This document shows positions 9,081-18,960 of a stretch of DNA of 64,000 nt, piece by piece. Source of the DNA: an uncultured Candidatus Rokubacteria bacterium (lineage in GTDB: Bacteria; Methylomirabilota; Methylomirabilia; Rokubacteriales; DASRDR01); NCBI GenBank assembly GCA_963765195.1, contig CAVXVV010000040.1, positions 4,754 through 68,753 of the forward strand, read 5' to 3'. The notes under the pieces are model-generated. The model worked only from the letters and a program-made list of their open reading frames with translations, was not told the DNA's origin and did not search any database. Each line of letters starts with the position of its first letter. Positions within the stretch are counted from its first letter, which is position 1. The position numbers and the translations under genes are program-made.

Positions 9081-10811
9081 ATGATCGCCGCGATCTACGC
9101 CAGGAAGTCGACCGAGCAGCGGGGCGTGGCTGACGAGGAACGATCGGTCACGCGCCAGATCGAGCACGCCAAGGCTTACGCGGCACGGAAGGGCTGGACC
9201 GTCGCCGAGGACCACGTTTACGTCGACGACGGCATCTCGGGTGCCGAGTTCGTGAAGCGGCCGGGGCTGGCGAGGCTCATGAACGTGCTCAGGCCTCGCC
9301 CCTCCTTCCAGGTGCTCGTGATGAGCGAAGAATCGCGCTTCGGGCGCGAGCAGATCGAGACCGCGTATCTCTTCAAGCAAATCACGGACGCCGGCGTCCG
9401 CGTCTTCTTCTATCTCGAGGATCGCGAGCGCACCCTGGACAACGCGCTCGACAAGGTGATGCTCTCGCTGACGAACTTCGCGGCCGAGATGGAGCGCGAG
9501 AAGGCTCGGCAGCGGACATACGACGCCATGCTGCGCAAGGCCAAGGCGGGCCACGTGGCCAGTGGCAAGGTGTACGGCTACGACAACGTCGAAGTCGTGT
9601 CCACCCCACCCGACATGGACGGCAACGGCAAACGGCTGCACGTCCTGCGGCGAATCAATGAGGAACAGGCTGCCGTGGTGCGGCGGATCTTCGACCTGTG
9701 CGCGGGCGGGATGGGCTTTACGCGGATCGCGAAGGCGCTGAACCGGGACGGGGTGATGCCGCCGCGCGGTGACGGGCGAGGTTGGGCGCCCACCGCCGTG
9801 CGCGAGATGCTCTACCGACCGCTCTATCGAGGCCAGATCGTCTGGAACAAGAGCCAGAAGATCGACCGGGGCGGCACAAAGAAGCAGCGCCGCCGCCCGC
9901 CCGAGGAGTGGATCCAGCTGGACGCGCCGGAGCTACGTATCGTGCCGGAGGAGATGTGGGAGGCGGCTCACACGCGCCTGGAGCAGGCTCGTGAGGCGTT
10001 CGCGCGCGCCAGGGGCAGCGGCCAGCTCCTCGGGAGACCCTCGAGGCTCGACATGGACTCGCCCTACCTGCTGACCGGGATGGCCCGGTGCGCACGCTGC
10101 GGGGGCGCGATGATCGCCATGACCCGAAGCCACGGCAAGAAGCGGGGGCACTTCTACGGCTGCGCATACAACCACAAGCGGGGAGCAGCTGTCTGCTCGA
10201 ACGACGTGCAGATCCGGCAGGACGTCCTCGATCTGGCGCTGCTCGACGCGATCAGCCGCGCGCTCGACGAACGGATCGTGGAGGCCGCGATCGACGAGGC
10301 CCTCGAGCGGCTGCGGAGTGGTCGAGAGCAGCAGCTGGACCGCCGGACGCAGATCGAGCGCGAGCTTTCGCTGATCGAGGGTAAGCAGCGATACCTGGTG
10401 CAGGGCATCACGCGCGGCGAGTCCATGGACCCGCTGCTGGCCGCCATGCGAGAGGAGGAACACCGCAAGAAGTTTCTGGTCGCGGAGCTCGCGACCCTCG
10501 CGGAGCTGGAAAAGGTGGCCTCCCTGGATGCCGAGCGGATCAAGCGAGAGTTGCGGTCACGGGCGGCGGATATCCGAGGGCTCCTCGGGCGCCATCTCCC
10601 CCAGACGCGCCAGATCCTGCGCAAGCTGGTCGTGGGCCGCGTGGAGTGCGAGCCGTTCGAGGACGGCGACAGGCGGGGCTATCGAGTGTCCGGTCAGGGT
10701 ACATACGCCCGGCTATTACCGGGCGGAGAATGTGCCACTAGCATTGGTGGCTCCAACGGGATTCGAACCCGTGTTTCAGCCTTGAGAGGGCCGTGTCCTA
10801 GGCCAGGCTAG
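9081..10811 (+). CDS. Large serine recombinase (integrase) with recombinase and Zn-ribbon domains
   Basis: AAIYARKST catalytic Ser, YVDDGISG, RPGL, SRFGR, YGY, LLTGMARCARCG...YGC...C zinc ribbon, coiled coil. Confidence 0.95.
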   Translation: MIAAIYARKSTEQRGVADEERSVTRQIEHAKAYAARKGWTVAEDHVYVDDGISGAEFVKRPGLARLMNVLRPRPSFQVLVMSEESRFGREQIETAYLFKQITDAGVRVFFYLEDRERTLDNALDKVMLSLTNFAAEMEREKARQRTYDAMLRKAKAGHVASGKVYGYDNVEVVSTPPDMDGNGKRLHVLRRINEEQAAVVRRIFDLCAGGMGFTRIAKALNRDGVMPPRGDGRGWAPTAVREMLYRPLYRGQIVWNKSQKIDRGGTKKQRRRPPEEWIQLDAPELRIVPEEMWEAAHTRLEQAREAFARARGSGQLLGRPSRLDMDSPYLLTGMARCARCGGAMIAMTRSHGKKRGHFYGCAYNHKRGAAVCSNDVQIRQDVLDLALLDAISRALDERIVEAAIDEALERLRSGREQQLDRRTQIERELSLIEGKQRYLVQGITRGESMDPLLAAMREEEHRKKFLVAELATLAELEKVASLDAERIKRELRSRAADIRGLLGRHLPQTRQILRKLVVGRVECEPFEDGDRRGYRVSGQGTYARLLPGGECATSIGGSNGIRTRVSALRGPCPRPG

Positions 10812-10822
10812 ACGATGGAGCC
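10745..10822 (-). tRNA. tRNA-Glu (anticodon CTC)
   Basis: Reverse complement GGCTCCATCGTCTAGCCTGGCCTAGGACACGGCCCT-CTC-AAGGCTGAAACACGGGTTCGAATCCCGTTGGAGCCACCA; cloverleaf with encoded CCA. Confidence 0.95.
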
Positions 10823-10853
10823 GGCTCCCACCACCCGCAACAGACAATGAAAA

Positions 10854-10927
10854 TGGCTGGGAGAGGAGGAGTCGAACCTCCGCTACGTGGTCCAGAGCCA
10901 CGCGTCCTACCACTAGACGATCTCCCA
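10854..10927 (-). tRNA. tRNA-Gln (anticodon CTG)
   Basis: Reverse complement TGGGAGATCGTCTAGTGGTAGGACGCGTGGCT-CTG-GACCACGTAGCGGAGGTTCGACTCCTCCTCTCCCAGCCA. Confidence 0.95.
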
Positions 10928-10938
10928 GCGCAGCGGTC

Positions 10939-10967
10939 ATTGTAGCGGCCAGCGCCCGGCAAGGCAA
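10939..10967 (-). promoter_or_regulatory. sigma70-type promoter of the tRNA-Gln/tRNA-Glu operon
   Basis: TTGCCT-N17-TACAAT on the minus strand just upstream of tRNA-Gln. Confidence 0.65.
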
Positions 10968-11316
10968 GGTCCCGCCAGAACGGGCCAATCGAGGCCGGAC
11001 ATCCGGGGTCGACGGCCACCGAGCGTGCAAGCCGAAGGGTGCGCCGCCTCCACGCCGGCCAGGTTCGAGACGAGCCCTGCGAGAGCCCGACGCGGCCGGC
11101 CCGTCGGGCACGCCGCCGAGGCCGCGAAGGAAGCATCACCGACCGGTTCGGCCCCACGCGGGGCGTCGGTTCGGCGCGTCGCCAAGGCGGCCACGTAGGC
11201 CATCCACGGCTGGGTCTCGGGGCGACAGCAACCCCGACGCGACCCCACCTGCCCGCCCTACGCCTTATCCCCTGCCGCGCCTCCCGCCCCTCCGGCCCCT
11301 GGGGTAACATCCCGCC

Positions 11317-12507
11317 ATGGACGACCCCGACACCGGACGCGGTGGGCACGCTGCCCCCCTGACCCGCGCCCGCGAGCTCGCCACGCTGATCTCCGCCTCC
11401 GCCGCCGAGGGCGAGCGACTACGGCGGCTGCCAGATGCGCTCGTGGCGGCGCTCCTCGACGCGGGGCTCTACCGCCTCCTCCTCCCCCGCGCCCTCGACG
11501 GCGCGGAGCTCGATCCCGCGACCTTCGTGCGTGTCCTCGAGCGGGTGAGCCAGGCGGACGCGAGCGCCGCGTGGTGCCTCTGCCAGGCGGCGGGCTGCTC
11601 CATGGTCACGGGCTACGTGACGCCCGAGGTCGCGCGGGAGATCTTCGGCGACCGGCGAGCGGTCCTCGCCTGGGGGCCGAGCCCCGACGCGCGCGCGGTC
11701 CCCGTCGACGGCGGCTACCGCGTCACGGGCACCTTCCACTTCGGGAGCGGCTGCCGCCAGGCGACGTGGCTCGGCGGCCAGTGCACGATCCACGAACCCG
11801 ACGGCGCGCCGCGACGACGCCCGGACGGCGTGCCCGAGACGCGCTGGATGCTGTTCCCGGCCGGCCGCGCGACGATCCTCGACACCTGGCAGGTGATCGG
11901 CCTCCGGGCGACCGGGAGCGACTCGTTCACCGTCACTGACCTCTTCGTGCCCCGCGAGCACTCGGCGGCGCGGGACGACCCGGCGGAGCGGCGCCACGGC
12001 GGGCCCCTCTACTGCTTCCCGACGACGAGCCTCTACGCCTCGGGCTTCGCCGGAGTCGCCCTCGGGAACGCCCGGAGTGCGCTCGACGCCTTCATCGCCC
12101 TCGCCCGGGCGAAGACGCCGCGCGGCCTCCGCCAGGCGCTCCGGGAGAGCGCGGTGGTCCAGTCGAAGCTCGCGCGGACGGAGGCGCGGGTCGGCGCCGC
12201 CCGAGCGCTCCTCCTCACGTCGCTCGAGGAGGTCTGGCGGAGCGTCGTGGAGACCGGGACGCTCGGGCTCGATCGGCGCGTCCGGATCCGGATGGCGGCG
12301 ACCCACGCGATCACCGAGGCGACGGCCGCCGTCGACTTCGCGTACCACACGGCGGGGGCGACGGCGATCTTCGAGGCGAACCTGTTCGAGCGGCGCTTCC
12401 GGGACGCGCACACGGTCGCCCAGCAGTTGCAGGGGCGGCAGACGCACTTCGAGACGGTGGGGCGCGTCCTCCTCGGGCTCGAGCCCGACACGACGGCGTT
12501 TCTTTGA
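11317..12507 (+). CDS. Acyl-CoA dehydrogenase-fold flavin-dependent hydroxylase (HsaA-like)
   Basis: GGYRVTGTFHFGSGC, TWQVIGLRATGS, ERRFRDAH motifs. Confidence 0.85.
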   Translation: MDDPDTGRGGHAAPLTRARELATLISASAAEGERLRRLPDALVAALLDAGLYRLLLPRALDGAELDPATFVRVLERVSQADASAAWCLCQAAGCSMVTGYVTPEVAREIFGDRRAVLAWGPSPDARAVPVDGGYRVTGTFHFGSGCRQATWLGGQCTIHEPDGAPRRRPDGVPETRWMLFPAGRATILDTWQVIGLRATGSDSFTVTDLFVPREHSAARDDPAERRHGGPLYCFPTTSLYASGFAGVALGNARSALDAFIALARAKTPRGLRQALRESAVVQSKLARTEARVGAARALLLTSLEEVWRSVVETGTLGLDRRVRIRMAATHAITEATAAVDFAYHTAGATAIFEANLFERRFRDAHTVAQQLQGRQTHFETVGRVLLGLEPDTTAFL

Positions 12508-12594
12508 GCCGCGCCGAGCGCGCGCGACAGGTCCCCGGGTCGCGCCCGGCGCGGGCGTCCGAACTCCAACACGCATCCGGCTGAGGATCGACCC

Positions 12595-13524
12595 ATGGCG
12601 CTCGCGCTGGTCAGCAAGGTGGAGAACCCCGATCTGTGGCGTCGCACGCTGGCCGCCGAGGTCCCCGGGCTCGACTTCCGGGTCTGGCCGGAGCTCGGCG
12701 ATCCGGCGCCGATCCGCATGGCCGCCTTCGACTACAACGTGCCGTCCGGCATCTTCGCGGCGATGCCCAACCTCGGCTGCATCGTCTACCTCGGCCACGG
12801 CGCCAACGACTTCCTGCAGCGGCCCGATCTGCCGGCGGGCGTGCCGGTGATGCGGCTGACGGACCCGGGGATCATCGGCTGCATGACCGAGCACGTCCTG
12901 CTCTACCTGCTGAGCCACCGCCGCCTCCAGGAGACGTATCGCCGGTACCAGGCCGAGCGACGCTGGCAGGAGGACATCCCGCCCTTTCCCGGCGACGTGC
13001 GGATCGCGGTGCTCGGCCTCGGCTCGATCGGCCAGCGGTTCACCGAGGTCTTCGTCGACCTCGGCTACCGGGTCAACGGCTGGGCCCGCAGCGCGCACCA
13101 GCTGCCGGGGGTCGACTGCTATCACGGGCGCGACCAGCTCGCGGCGTGTCTCGCGCCCTGCGACTACGTCGTCTGCATCCTGCCCGAGACGAGAGAGACG
13201 CGCGACATCATCGATGCCAGGACGCTGGCGATGATGAAGCGCGGCGCCTACTTCATCAACGTCGGCCGGGGCGGGCTCGTCGTCGAGGAGGACCTGCTGG
13301 CGGCGCTCGAATCCGGGCAGCTCTCGGGCGCCGCGCTCGACGTCTTCCGGACGGAGCCGCTGCCGGCCGGGAGTCCCCTGTGGTCGCATCCGAGGGTCGT
13401 GGTGACGCCGCACGCGGCCGGCGTCGCCCAGCAGGGCTCGCTTCCCCACATCGCCGAGAACTACCGGCGGCTCCGGGACGGCCGGCCGCTCATCAACATC
13501 GTCGATCCCTCGCGGGGCTACTGA
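12595..13524 (+). CDS. ghrA: D-2-hydroxyacid dehydrogenase (glyoxylate/hydroxypyruvate reductase A-like)
   Basis: GLGSIG, LPETRET, INVGRG, LDVFRTEPLP, TPHAA. Confidence 0.85.
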   Translation: MALALVSKVENPDLWRRTLAAEVPGLDFRVWPELGDPAPIRMAAFDYNVPSGIFAAMPNLGCIVYLGHGANDFLQRPDLPAGVPVMRLTDPGIIGCMTEHVLLYLLSHRRLQETYRRYQAERRWQEDIPPFPGDVRIAVLGLGSIGQRFTEVFVDLGYRVNGWARSAHQLPGVDCYHGRDQLAACLAPCDYVVCILPETRETRDIIDARTLAMMKRGAYFINVGRGGLVVEEDLLAALESGQLSGAALDVFRTEPLPAGSPLWSHPRVVVTPHAAGVAQQGSLPHIAENYRRLRDGRPLINIVDPSRGY

Positions 13525-13724
13525 CGCGGGAGGGCCCCCCTGCGCCGTCTCCTGCCGGGCCGGCGGCACCACGGGCGTCCGAGTCGCGCCGAGCCGCACG
13601 GCGTGCCGGATCCGCCGCCCGAGGGCGCGCGGCCCTTTGCTATACTGGCCGCGCTTTGGCGCGCGCCATCCTCGCCCGCACCGCGAGCTCCGCGGATCCC
13701 CCTGCCCAGAGGAGCTGGCTCCGC

Positions 13725-14216
13725 ATGCACAAGTTCGACCTCATCATCTACGGCCTCGCGATCGCCGTGACGATCGCCGCGTATTTCCGCGATCCCGGCC
13801 TGCCGGCGGTCGGGCTCCGCGCCGGCGGCCAGCTGCTGCTGGACGTCCTGCCGCGCCTGGTCGCCGCGCTCGTCCTGACCGGCATGATCCAGGTCATGAT
13901 CTCGCCCGAGTTGATCCAGCACTGGCTCGGCCGGGGCTCCACGCACCGGGCGATCTTCGCCGGGTTCGTGGCGGGCATCCTGACCCCGGGCGGACCGCTC
14001 GTGAGCTTCCCGATCATGGCGGTCTTCTACAAGGGCGGCGCGTCCCTGTCGGCCCTGGTCGCGTACATGACGAGCTGGTCGCTCTTCGGGTTCCAGCGGG
14101 TGATCGCGTGGGAGCTGCCGTTCATGGGGACGCGCTTCCTGCTCGCGCGCGTGCTGCCGACGCTGGTCTTTCCGATTGTGGCGGGATATCTCGTACGCTT
14201 CATCTACCACGACTAG
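13725..14216 (+). CDS. Predicted membrane permease (DUF318-like)
   Basis: Hydrophobic; GILTPGGPLVSFP motif; GAGGAG RBS; TGCTATACT -10 upstream. Confidence 0.75.
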   Translation: MHKFDLIIYGLAIAVTIAAYFRDPGLPAVGLRAGGQLLLDVLPRLVAALVLTGMIQVMISPELIQHWLGRGSTHRAIFAGFVAGILTPGGPLVSFPIMAVFYKGGASLSALVAYMTSWSLFGFQRVIAWELPFMGTRFLLARVLPTLVFPIVAGYLVRFIYHD

Positions 14217-14336
14217 CGTGTCGCCAGCCCGTCTCCGACCTGCGAAGGAACCAGTTTGTGACCCGTTCGCCACGGCCGCGCGCGTCTCGGTCCGATGTCG
14301 AAGGCCACTGCGTCCGGCCCGCGGCGACGCCGACGC

Positions 14337-15815
14337 ATGGTCGATGGTCAGCGGTTGAGCTTCCAGGATCTGCGGGAGTTCATTCAACTCCTCGAGGACC
14401 GGGGGCAGCTCCGGCGTGTCGACGCGCCCGTCAAGCGCGAGCTCGAGATCACGGAGATCGCGGATCGGATGGTCAAGGGCCCGAAGGCGGAGAACCGCGC
14501 CCTCCTCTTCGAGCACGTGGAGGGCGCGGCGATGCCGGTCCTCATCAACGCGTTCGGGACCGAGGAGCGGATGGCGTGGGCCCTCGGCGTCGAGCGGCTC
14601 GACGAGCTCGGCGAGAAGATCAAGGGGCTCCTCGAGCTCAAGATGCCGGGCTCGCTCATCGACAAGATGAAGAAGGGGCTCGAGCTCCTGGACGTCGCGC
14701 GCGCGGGGCCGCGGACCGTCAAGAGCGGGCCCTGCCAGGAGGTCGTCGAGACCGACCGCCCGTCGGTCGCGGCGCTGCCGATCCTCTGGTGCTGGCCGAA
14801 GGACGCGGGGTACTACATCACCTTCCCGCTCGTCATCACGCGGGACCCCGTCACCGGGCTCCGGAACGTCGGCACCTACCGCATCCAGGTCTACGACGAG
14901 CGGACGCTCGGCCTCCACTGGCAGACCCACAAGGGCGGGGCCGAGCACGAGCGCGAGGCGCGCCGGACCGGGAAGGAGCGCATCCCGGTGGCGATCGCCC
15001 TCGGCGCCGACCCGGCGACCATGTACAGCGGCACGGCGCCGCTCCCGCCCGGGCTCGACGAGATGCTGCTGGCCGGGTGGCTCCGCGGCAAGGGCGTCGA
15101 GATGGTGAAGTGCCGGACGATCGACCTCGAGGTGCCGGCGCAAGCGGAGATCGTGCTCGAGGGCTACTGCGATCCGGCGGAGTCGCGCGTCGAGGGGCCG
15201 TTCGGCGACCACACCGGCTACTACTCCCTCGCGAACCCCTACCCCGTCTTCCACCTGACCGCGGTGACGCGCCGCCGCGACGCCATCTACCCGACGATCG
15301 TCGTCGGGCGGCCGCCGATGGAGGACTACTGGCTCGGCAAGGCGACGGAGCGCATGTTCCTGCCGCTCATCCGGATGATGGTGCCGGAGATCGTCGACAT
15401 GAACATGCCGGCCGAGGGCGTCTTCCACAACCTCGTGATCGTGTCGGTCAAGAAGCGCTACCCGGGCCAGGTGCGGAAGGTGATGTACGGGCTCTGGGGC
15501 CTCGGCCTCCTCATGCTGGCGAAGAACGTGATCGTGGTCGACGAGTGGGTCAACGTCCACGACCTCTCCGAGGTCGCCTGGCGCGTCACCAACAACATCG
15601 ATCCCGCGCGCGACCTCGTGATCGTGGAGGGGCCGACAGACGACCTCGACCACGCGGCCCTCCGCCACCGCTACGGCGGCAAGCTCGGCATCGACGCGAC
15701 CGAGAAGCGGGCGCCGCTCGACCGCGTGGAGCAGCCGTGGCCGGACGAGATCCTGATGTCGGACGAGATCCGGCAGCGCGTCACCATGCGGTGGCGCGAG
15801 TACGGCCTCGGGTGA
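14337..15815 (+). CDS. ubiD: UbiD-family menaquinone biosynthesis decarboxylase (MqnL-type)
   Basis: DLREFI..LE, RNVGTYRIQV, EGPFGDHTGYY, GRPPMED, GGKLGIDAT. Confidence 0.92.
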   Translation: MVDGQRLSFQDLREFIQLLEDRGQLRRVDAPVKRELEITEIADRMVKGPKAENRALLFEHVEGAAMPVLINAFGTEERMAWALGVERLDELGEKIKGLLELKMPGSLIDKMKKGLELLDVARAGPRTVKSGPCQEVVETDRPSVAALPILWCWPKDAGYYITFPLVITRDPVTGLRNVGTYRIQVYDERTLGLHWQTHKGGAEHEREARRTGKERIPVAIALGADPATMYSGTAPLPPGLDEMLLAGWLRGKGVEMVKCRTIDLEVPAQAEIVLEGYCDPAESRVEGPFGDHTGYYSLANPYPVFHLTAVTRRRDAIYPTIVVGRPPMEDYWLGKATERMFLPLIRMMVPEIVDMNMPAEGVFHNLVIVSVKKRYPGQVRKVMYGLWGLGLLMLAKNVIVVDEWVNVHDLSEVAWRVTNNIDPARDLVIVEGPTDDLDHAALRHRYGGKLGIDATEKRAPLDRVEQPWPDEILMSDEIRQRVTMRWREYGLG

Positions 15816-16218
15816 TCGCTCCGTTCGCCCTACTTCAGGCGGTAGAGGGGCCGGAAGCGGGTCTTGCGCAGGCGGCGCCGGCGGCAGGCCTGCCTCCGCG
15901 GGACCTTTATGCTGCGGCCGACCTGCCACCGACGCCGCCCGATCGGAGTCCCCCGGGTCGGGCTCGCGCCGAACGGCGAAGTGGGACGACTCCGCCAATG
16001 GGCCGCGACGCTGCGCGTCGCGGGTTGCGGCGAATGAGTGACGGAGCGCAGCCGTGTTGGGGACCATGCCGGCCACTGAGAGAGCCGGCGCGCTCCGTTG
16101 CGTGCAATGGACACGCGGGGCGCTTGCCCGAGCCGCCGCGGGTGCCAGACCGGCCTCAGCATCAAGGTCCCGCAGATGTCCGCTTGGCGTTCGTGGTGCC
16201 TCGGTTTGGAGAGATGCC

Positions 16219-17067
16219 GTGAGTGCCCTCCGGCACTTCCTCGACGCGATCAAGGTGGAGCACACCGTGTTCGCGCTGCCGTTCGCCTACCTGGGCATGG
16301 TGCTGGCGGCGCGCGGGTGGCCGGGGTGGCACGCCGTCATCTGGATCACGGTGGCGATGGTCGCGGCGCGGACGACGGCGATGGCCGCGAACCGGCTGAT
16401 CGACCGCCAGATCGACGCGCGGAACCCGCGGACGGCGGGGCGCCACCTCCCGCGGGGACTTCTGAAGCCCCGCGACCTTACCCTCGCGGCAGTCCTGTCG
16501 GCCGTGGTCTTCTTCGTGGCGGCGTGGCAGCTCGGGCCGCTCTGCCTCGCGCTGGCGCCGATCGCGCTGGTCTTCCTGGTGGGCTACTCCTACACGAAGC
16601 GCTTCACGTGGCTCTCGCATTGGATCCTCGGGTTCACCGACGGCGCGGCGGCGGCCGGCGCGTGGATCGCGGTGCGCGGGACGATGGAGGGGCCGGCGTG
16701 GCTCCTCTGGCTCGCCGTCACCGTGTGGATCGCGGGCTTCGATCTCCTCTACGCCTGCCAGGACGTCGCGTTCGATCGGCGGGAAGGCCTCCACTCGGTG
16801 CCGGCCCGCTTCGGGATCGCCGCCGCGCTCCGGGCCGCGCGCGTCTCCCACGTCCTCACCGCGCTCGCCCTCGCCGCCGCGGGCTGGGCACTCGGGCTCG
16901 GCGTCCTCTACTGGGTCGGCTGGGGCGTGGTGGTGGGGCTCCTCGTCTACGAGCACTCGCTCGTGTCCGCGACCGACCTCTCGCGGCTCGACATGGCCTT
17001 CTTCAACGTGAACGGGTACATCAGCGTCATCACCTTCGTCGCCGCGGTCGCCGGGCTCTGGTACTAG
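16219..17067 (+). CDS. ubiA: UbiA-family prenyltransferase (MqnP-type)
   Basis: EHTVFALPFAY, NRLIDRQIDARNPRTAGR, YSYTKRFT, AFFNVNGYIS. Confidence 0.92.
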   Translation: MSALRHFLDAIKVEHTVFALPFAYLGMVLAARGWPGWHAVIWITVAMVAARTTAMAANRLIDRQIDARNPRTAGRHLPRGLLKPRDLTLAAVLSAVVFFVAAWQLGPLCLALAPIALVFLVGYSYTKRFTWLSHWILGFTDGAAAAGAWIAVRGTMEGPAWLLWLAVTVWIAGFDLLYACQDVAFDRREGLHSVPARFGIAAALRAARVSHVLTALALAAAGWALGLGVLYWVGWGVVVGLLVYEHSLVSATDLSRLDMAFFNVNGYISVITFVAAVAGLWY

Positions 17068-17139
17068 CCCGGGGCCCGAGCCGGCGCCACCCGCGGGCAC
17101 CCGGCCACGGCGCCCACGCGCGACGCGAGAGCCGGCGGG

Positions 17140-17976
17140 TCAGGTCTTGAGGCGGGGGTCGAACGCGTCGCGGAGCCCGTCCCCGACGATGTTGATGGCC
17201 AGCACCGTGACCGTGATCGCGAGCCCCGGGAACGTCGTGACCCACCAGGCCTGGCGGAGGAAGCTCCGGCCGTCGCTCAGCATGGCGCCCCACTCGGACG
17301 ACGGCGGCTGGGCGCCCACGCCGAGGAAGGAAAGCGCCGCCCCGGTGAGGATGGCTCCCGCGACGCCGAGGGTGGCGACGACGATGACGGGCGACACGAC
17401 GTTCGGGAGGATGTGCCGGCCGACGATGCGCGCGTCCCGGCACCCGGTGGTCCGGGCCGCCTCGACGTAGGTCAGCGCCTTCGTCGCGAGAACCTGCCCC
17501 CGCACGAGGCGCGTGTACACCGGCACGCCGGCGATCCCCACCGCCAGCATCACGTTGTTGAGGCCCGGGCCGAGCACGGCCACGATGGCGAGCGCCAGGA
17601 GAATGCTCGGGAACGCCAGCATCACGTCGATCACGCGCATCACGACGAGGTCGATCCACCGCCCGTAGTAGCCCGAGAGGAGCCCGAGCAGCATCCCGCC
17701 CGACGCGGCGATGCCGACCGCGATGATGCCGACCTGGAGCGAGGCGGACGCGCCGTGGAGGATCCGGCTCAGGACGTCCCGCCCGAACTGGTCGGTCCCG
17801 AGGAGGTGCACGCGCCCGGGCGCGCGGAGCAGCCGGTCCGCGTCGGTGAGGGTGGGGTCGTACGGGGCGAGGACGGGCGCCAGCGCGGCGGCCGCCACCA
17901 GCACGCCGACGACCAGGAGGCCCAGCACGGCCCCGCGGTTCCGGCGGAACTCGCGCGACCCCTCCCACCGCGTCAT
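17140..17976 (-). CDS. Peptide/nickel ABC transporter permease (DppC-like)
   Basis: LLGTDQFGRD, EAART.G, LSFLGVGAQPP..EWG, GDGLRDAFDPR. Confidence 0.92.
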   Translation of the reverse strand: MTRWEGSREFRRNRGAVLGLLVVGVLVAAAALAPVLAPYDPTLTDADRLLRAPGRVHLLGTDQFGRDVLSRILHGASASLQVGIIAVGIAASGGMLLGLLSGYYGRWIDLVVMRVIDVMLAFPSILLALAIVAVLGPGLNNVMLAVGIAGVPVYTRLVRGQVLATKALTYVEAARTTGCRDARIVGRHILPNVVSPVIVVATLGVAGAILTGAALSFLGVGAQPPSSEWGAMLSDGRSFLRQAWWVTTFPGLAITVTVLAINIVGDGLRDAFDPRLKT

Positions 17977-17997
17977 GCCGGCGCGCGCCGCCCGGAT

Positions 17998-18921
17998 CTA
18001 CTCATACCGGATCCGCGGATCGGCCAGGGCGTACCCGAGATCGACGAGGAGGTTGACGAGCACGTAGGCGCTGGCCGTGAAGAGGACGATCCCCTGGACC
18101 AGGGGGAAGTCCTTGTAGAGGATCGCGCCGACCAGGAGCCGGCCGATGCCCTGCCGCGCGAATACAGTCTCGATGACCACCGTCCCGCCGAGGAGCGCCC
18201 CGAACTGGAGCCCCACGATAGTGATGACCGGGATCAGCGCGTTCCGGAGGGCGTGGCGGTAGACGACCCGGCGCTCCGCGAGCCCCTTCGATCGGGCCGT
18301 CGTCACGTACTCGATGCGCAGCACCTCCAGCATGCTGGACCGGACGAGGCGCGCGATCACGCCGGCCGCGCCGTAGCCGAGCGTCAGGGCCGGGAGGACG
18401 AGGCGGGCGAGGCCGCCCTGGCCCGTCGCCGGGAGCCAGCCGAGCTGGAGCGCGAAGAAGAAGATGAGCATGAGCCCCAGCCAGAACGCGGGCAGGGACA
18501 GGCCGCCGAGCGCGAGCAGCATGCACAGGGTGTCGGCCCAGGAGCCCCGATGCGTCGCCGCGGCAACGCCGAGCACGACCCCGACGACCACGGCCAGCGC
18601 CAGGCCGGCCAGCGTGAGCTGCACCGTGCTGGGGAGCTGGGCGAGGATCTCGTCCAGGACGGGGCGGCGCGACTGGAGCGAGCGCCCGAGGTCGCCCGAG
18701 AGCGCCCGCCCGAGGAACCGCGCGTACTGGACGTGGAGCGGCGCGTCGAAGCCGAGCTCCCGCCGGAGCCGGGCGAGGTCCTGGGCGGAGGTGACCGCCT
18801 CGCCGAGGATGATCTGGGCAGGGTCCCCCGGCAGGAGGTGGAGCATCGAGAAGACGAGGATCGAGACGCCGAGGAGGACGGGAAGGGCGGCGAGGAGCCG
18901 GGTCCGGACGTAACGCAGCAC
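17998..18921 (-). CDS. Peptide/nickel ABC transporter permease (DppB-like)
   Basis: LPGDPA, TARSKGL, HALRNALIP, DPRIRY. Confidence 0.92.
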   Translation of the reverse strand: MLRYVRTRLLAALPVLLGVSILVFSMLHLLPGDPAQIILGEAVTSAQDLARLRRELGFDAPLHVQYARFLGRALSGDLGRSLQSRRPVLDEILAQLPSTVQLTLAGLALAVVVGVVLGVAAATHRGSWADTLCMLLALGGLSLPAFWLGLMLIFFFALQLGWLPATGQGGLARLVLPALTLGYGAAGVIARLVRSSMLEVLRIEYVTTARSKGLAERRVVYRHALRNALIPVITIVGLQFGALLGGTVVIETVFARQGIGRLLVGAILYKDFPLVQGIVLFTASAYVLVNLLVDLGYALADPRIRYE

Positions 18922-18960
18922 CCCTCGCCGCCGTCCCGGGCCTCCCCGCCGCCCGCCCGC

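Larger units (their letters stand above)
1..10822. mobile_element. Right arm of an integrative element inserted at the 3' end of tRNA-Glu; left end lies outside the window
   Basis: Co-oriented block of orphan, AAA+, helicase and nuclease genes ending in a large serine recombinase that overlaps the tRNA 3' end; housekeeping genes resume after the tRNAs. Confidence 0.8.

Noticed and set aside
15816-16218. Long intergenic gaps (also 10970-11316, 23703-24218, 27960-28399, 50460-50845) as ncRNA or riboswitch
   Set aside because: I could not recognise a conserved RNA motif or credible ORF by eye; an Infernal/Rfam scan would be needed
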